Source: Squalus acanthias
Lineage: Eukaryota
Length of the DNA stretch: 64,000 nt
Reading direction: 5' to 3'
Assembly (NCBI GenBank): GCA_030390025.1
Contig: CM059432.1
Span: 53,942,001-54,006,000, forward strand
In this document: piece by piece, positions 59,790-64,000 of the stretch
Numbering within the stretch: the first letter of the stretch is position 1
How the letters are laid out: each line of letters opens with the position of its first letter
Position numbers and translations under genes: made by a program
The notes under the pieces: generated by a model
Seen by the model: only the letters and a program-made list of their open reading frames with translations
The model's database searches: none
Told to the model about the DNA's origin: nothing

Positions 59790-61615
59790 CCAAGGGTTGC
59801 AGACTCGAACAGATATGGCGGACAACTGGTTTAGCCATTCACCGCCAGATCTGTCTGGACCACATAAAGCACTATCGGGCCCTGCTCTCGTCAGCCAAAA
59901 TTGCTCACTATTCCAGAATCATTCTGGAATGCAAAGATAAACCCCGGCTCCTATCTCTACTGCTAACCATCTACTTAAACCCTCTCCCCTGTGTCCTCCA
60001 CCCTCACCTCCGATAACAAATGTGAGGAGCTCATGGACTTCTTTGTCTCTAAGATTGAGACCATCCATTTAGCTGCCTCTGCCACTTCCCTTCCTTCCCC
60101 TAGCCAACTGGGCTAAACTTCCTCTAAGGTTCCCCCCTGCCCTAGCCCTGAACTCACATCTTTCTCTCTGATCTCCCTTCATGACCTCGCTGCGCTCATC
60201 TTGTCCATGAGACCCACCTCCTGCTCCATCAACCCTATTCCCACCAAACTGATGACCACCCAACTTCCTTTTCTGGCTCCCATGTTAGCTGATATTGGTA
60301 ATGGTTCTCTCTCAGGTACTGTCCCCCTCTCCCTCAAATCTGCCGTCATCACCCCTCTCCTCAAAAAACCAAACCTTGATCCCTCCGTCCTTGCAAACTA
60401 CCGCCCCATCTCCAACCTCCCTTTCCTCTCCAAGGTCCTTGAATGTGTTGTTGATCCCAAATCCGTGCCCATCTTTCCCGCAATTCCATGTTTGAATCCC
60501 TCCAATCAGGTTTCCGCGCTTGCCACAGTACCGAAACGGCTCTCATCAAAGTCACAAATTACATCCTTTGTGACTGTGACAAAGGTAAACTATCCCTCCT
60601 TGTCCTTCTTGACTTGTCTGCAGCCTATGGCACGGTTGACCACTTCATCCTTCTCCAATGCCTCTCCACCGTTGTCCAGCTGGGTGGGACAGCACTCGCC
60701 TGGTTCCATTCTTATCTATCTAATCGTAACGAGAGAATCACCTGCAATGGCTTCTCTTCCCACTCCCGCATCGTTACCTCTGGTGTCCCCCAAGGATCGA
60801 TCCTTGGCCCCCTCCTATTTCTCATCTACATGCAGCTCCTTGGCGACATCATGCAAAAACACAGTGTCAGTTTCCACATGTACGCTGACGACACCCAGCT
60901 CTACCTCAGCACTACTTCTTCTCTCGACCCCTCCACGGTGTCTAAATTATCAGACTGCTTGTCCGACATACAGTTCTGGATGAGCAAAAATTTTCTCCAA
61001 TTAAATATTGGGAAAACCGAAGCCATTGTTTTCGGTCCCCGCCACAAACTCTGTTCCCTAGCCACTGACTCCATCCCTCGCCCTAACATCTGTCTGAGGC
61101 TAAACCACACTGTTCGCAACCTTGGTGTCATATTTGACCCTGAAATGAGCTTCCGACCACATATCCGCAGCATAACAAAGACCACCTACTTCCACCTCTG
61201 TAACATCGCCCGTCTCCGCCCTTGCCTCAGCTCATCTGCTACTGAAACCCTCATCCATGCTTTTGTTACCTCTAGACTTGACTATTCCAACGCACTCCTG
61301 GCTGGCCTCCCACATTCCACCCTATGTAAACTTGATGTCATCCAAAACTCGGCAGCCCGTGTCCTAACTCGCACCAAGTCCCGTTCGCCCATCACCCCTG
61401 TGCTCGCTGACCTACATTGGCTCCCGATTAAGCAGTGCCTCGATTTCAAAATGATCATCCTTGTTTTCAAATCCCTCCATGGCCTGGCCCCTCCCTATCT
61501 CTGTAATCTCCTTCATTCCCACAACCCCCGAGCTATCTGTGCTCCTCTAATTCTGCCCTCTTGAGGATCCCTGATTATAATTGCTCAACCATTGGTGGCC
61601 GTGCCTTCTGTTGCC
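59790..61615 (+). mobile_element. L2-clade LINE ORF2 (RT) fragment
   Basis: NYRPISNLPFLSKVLE, QSGFRACHSTETAL, LLDLSAA, GVPQGSILGP, YADD, SRLDYSN, LHWLPI; C-rich sense strand. Confidence 0.92.
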
Positions 61616-62255
61616 TGGAAACACTCTCTCTGTGTCTACTGTACCAAAACCTTCCATAATTTGAAAGAGCTCTATTAGGTCACCCCTCAGCCTTCTCTTT
61701 TCAAGAGAAAAGAGAACCAGCCTGTTCATCCTTTCCTGATAGTTATAACCTCGCATTTCTGGTATCATTCTTGTAAATCTTCTTTGCACCCTCTCCAGTG
61801 CCTCTATATCCTTTCTCTCATATAACGACCAGAACTGCACACAGTACTCCAGGTGTGGTCTAACCAAGGTTCCATACAAGTTTAAAACAACTTCTCTAGT
61901 TTTCAATTCTATCCCTCTAGAAATAAACCCTAGTGTTTGGTTTGCTTTTTTTTTATGGCCTTATTAACCTGCGTCACTACTTTTAGCGATTTGTGTATTT
62001 GTACTCTCAAATCCCTTTGCTCCTCTTCCCCATTTAGATTCTTATTTTCCAAGTAATATGCGACCTCCTTATTTTTCCTACCAAAATGTAATACCTCACA
62101 CTTATCTGGTGAAATTCATTTGCCAATTATATGCCCATTCTGCAAGTTTATTAATGGCTTCTTGTAATTTGTTGCAGTCCTCTGCAGTATTGACTATCCT
62201 GCCCCAATTTGCTGTCATCCGCAAATTTAGAAATAGTGTTTTTGATTCCACAGTG
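61616..62255 (-). mobile_element. CR1 ORF2 fragment
   Basis: ISKFADDSKLG; LVRPHLEYCVQFW; RRLRGDLIE. Confidence 0.88.
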
Positions 62256-63776
62256 AATGACAAGTCTGAGGATATAGTGAGGCTGGTGAATGAGGGGGAG
62301 CCAAGCAGCTAGGAGGAGGTTGTGAGGTTGAAGCCTAACCAACATACCCAAACTGGCAGGAAAGAGAAGAGTGGGCAGCCAGGAGCAGGCGGGTGAAGCT
62401 GAAACCAAAAGTGTTTTTTTTAACTTAACGCCTTAAGGCTAAACATGGGGCTTGAACAAAATTCACAAGTCAAGCAGGGGAGGAATAAAAATTGGAGTTC
62501 AAGGAGGGTCCGAGGGAGCCATAAACCAGAAGGACAGGCTACTGCTGAGTACAGGCTCAGCAGCTGGGTATTGGGAGCAGGAGATGCACTACAACACTAC
62601 CTAATAGCAGAAGTCCTGCAACAGCAGCGTGACTGGCAATTTTTTGCATACAGGATTCCCATTATAACTGATGACTTAGGCAGTTTCAATGTTAAATGTT
62701 GGCATAAAGCAATACCAAAAATAATTCATTAGATTTTAATATATAGATAGAGTTTTGTTACTGTATCTATGCATATTATGTACATTATTAAAAGATCTTA
62801 TATAGGGCATGCATCAACATTACTTTCTGCTGTCAAATTTTGTTTTCTAACACTCCTGTGAAGCGCCTTGGGAAGTTTTACTACGTTAAAGGCGCTATAT
62901 AAATACAAGTTGTTGTTGTCAGGATTTTTGGAGATGCTTTTATTTCAACTTTGAAACTGTCTATGTAAGCATTTATAATGGGAATTTCCAATGAAGAGTT
63001 GCCTGTCACAGTTTGTTGATGAACCAATTGAATCACTTAAAATATTTTTTCAAAATATTTTGGCCCACCGTGTTTTTTTCAGTCACTGAAATTTATAATA
63101 TCCAAAATAAAAAATGCAAGAAAAATTACATACTTCTCAATATACGGAATTGTCTTTTGTGTCTTTTAATGTCTTCCTGAAAGTTTTTACTTTAGTACTT
63201 CAACCTCTCTCAAAAGCCGAGGCTCCAGCTGCAAACCTTTACGCAGAGAAGTACACTTCCTACCATCTCTATATAGTCTATGTATGGCTTTCCTACCATT
63301 CATTAATAGCATCTGAGTCACAGCAGAAGGTTTGTTCCTCATTTCATGAGCATTTCTGAGTTTTTTGTGCTTCTTCCAAAAGACTTTAAAACAAACTGGA
63401 GATTGAATTCTCAAAGATTTCTTTCAGACAACTGTCATTTAAATAATTTCTATTATGGAATGTTCAGTAACACAAAATGAACACACCAGCAATTAGCAGT
63501 AGCTTTAATTTTTTTCTTTCTAACTGGCTACAAAGACTTTTTTTATGGAGCATGGATTTATTTTTCCTTAATCAAAGTGCTGAAAATTCAATTAAGAAAT
63601 CAATTTGGGGGGTATAGGGAAGCTTTTTATTATTAAAAACTGGGAAACAATGAACTTCTAAACATTTTATGAGCTGAATTTTGTTTCTTTGTGCACATTT
63701 ATATTTTTTGAAGACGTATAAGTTGGCAAACTCACCAATAGTGCACCAACTGCTTTAAGGCAGAATATAAAGACAG

Positions 63777-64000
63777 GGGCCGTGAATTTCGGCACCTTAG
63801 GGCTGGCTGTTGAGGGCGGTTTCAACAAAAAAATGGCAGCTGCCTTACTTCCACCCACTTCCGGCGCGGGTTGCAGTGGCTGTCATTTTGGGCAGGTCGG
63901 TAGCGCAACCATTGCCTGCGTTCGGCAGAAGATTGCTAATTAAGCAGATCATGACATCAATCAGCGTGCAATGCTGATTTGACACACGACCTGCTATTTT
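63777..64000. mobile_element. Probable left end of another Harbinger-type element
   Basis: ggccgtgaatttcgg TIR-like start and abrupt rise in GC; runs off the window. Confidence 0.4.

Noticed and set aside
60201..60983. 260-aa ORF overlapping the L2 RT
   Set aside because: N-terminus is true L2 ORF2 and the rest is out-of-frame read-through after a frameshift near 60455.

Overview
Eukaryotic, repeat-dominated vertebrate DNA. The mix of CR1 and L2 LINEs, tRNA SINEs, Harbinger elements and Penelope-type tails suggests a cartilaginous fish (inference, not proven). Nearly all ORFs in the track are transposon-derived or spurious. Main contents: (1) a complete, recently inserted, GC-rich Ty3/Gypsy LTR retrotransposon with CsRn1-clade hallmarks (11405-15749); (2) a structurally complete PIF/Harbinger transposon (27821-32097) with a 3-exon Myb/SANT gene convergent on the transposase, plus several decayed Harbingers and about 10 Harbinger-type MITEs; (3) a ~12 kb nest of four elements (CR1 > LTR-like fragment > Harbinger; CR1 > full-length CR1); (4) a young 5'-truncated CR1 with an uninterrupted 845-codon ORF2 inside a MITE; (5) two minimal hammerhead-ribozyme motifs of the Penelope-associated type; (6) a MITE family whose interior is an array of hairpins, including a cloverleaf, next to stacked splice sites; (7) weak candidates for small minus-strand host exons. 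Boundaries of decayed elements are approximate, and family names come from motif recognition, not database searches.
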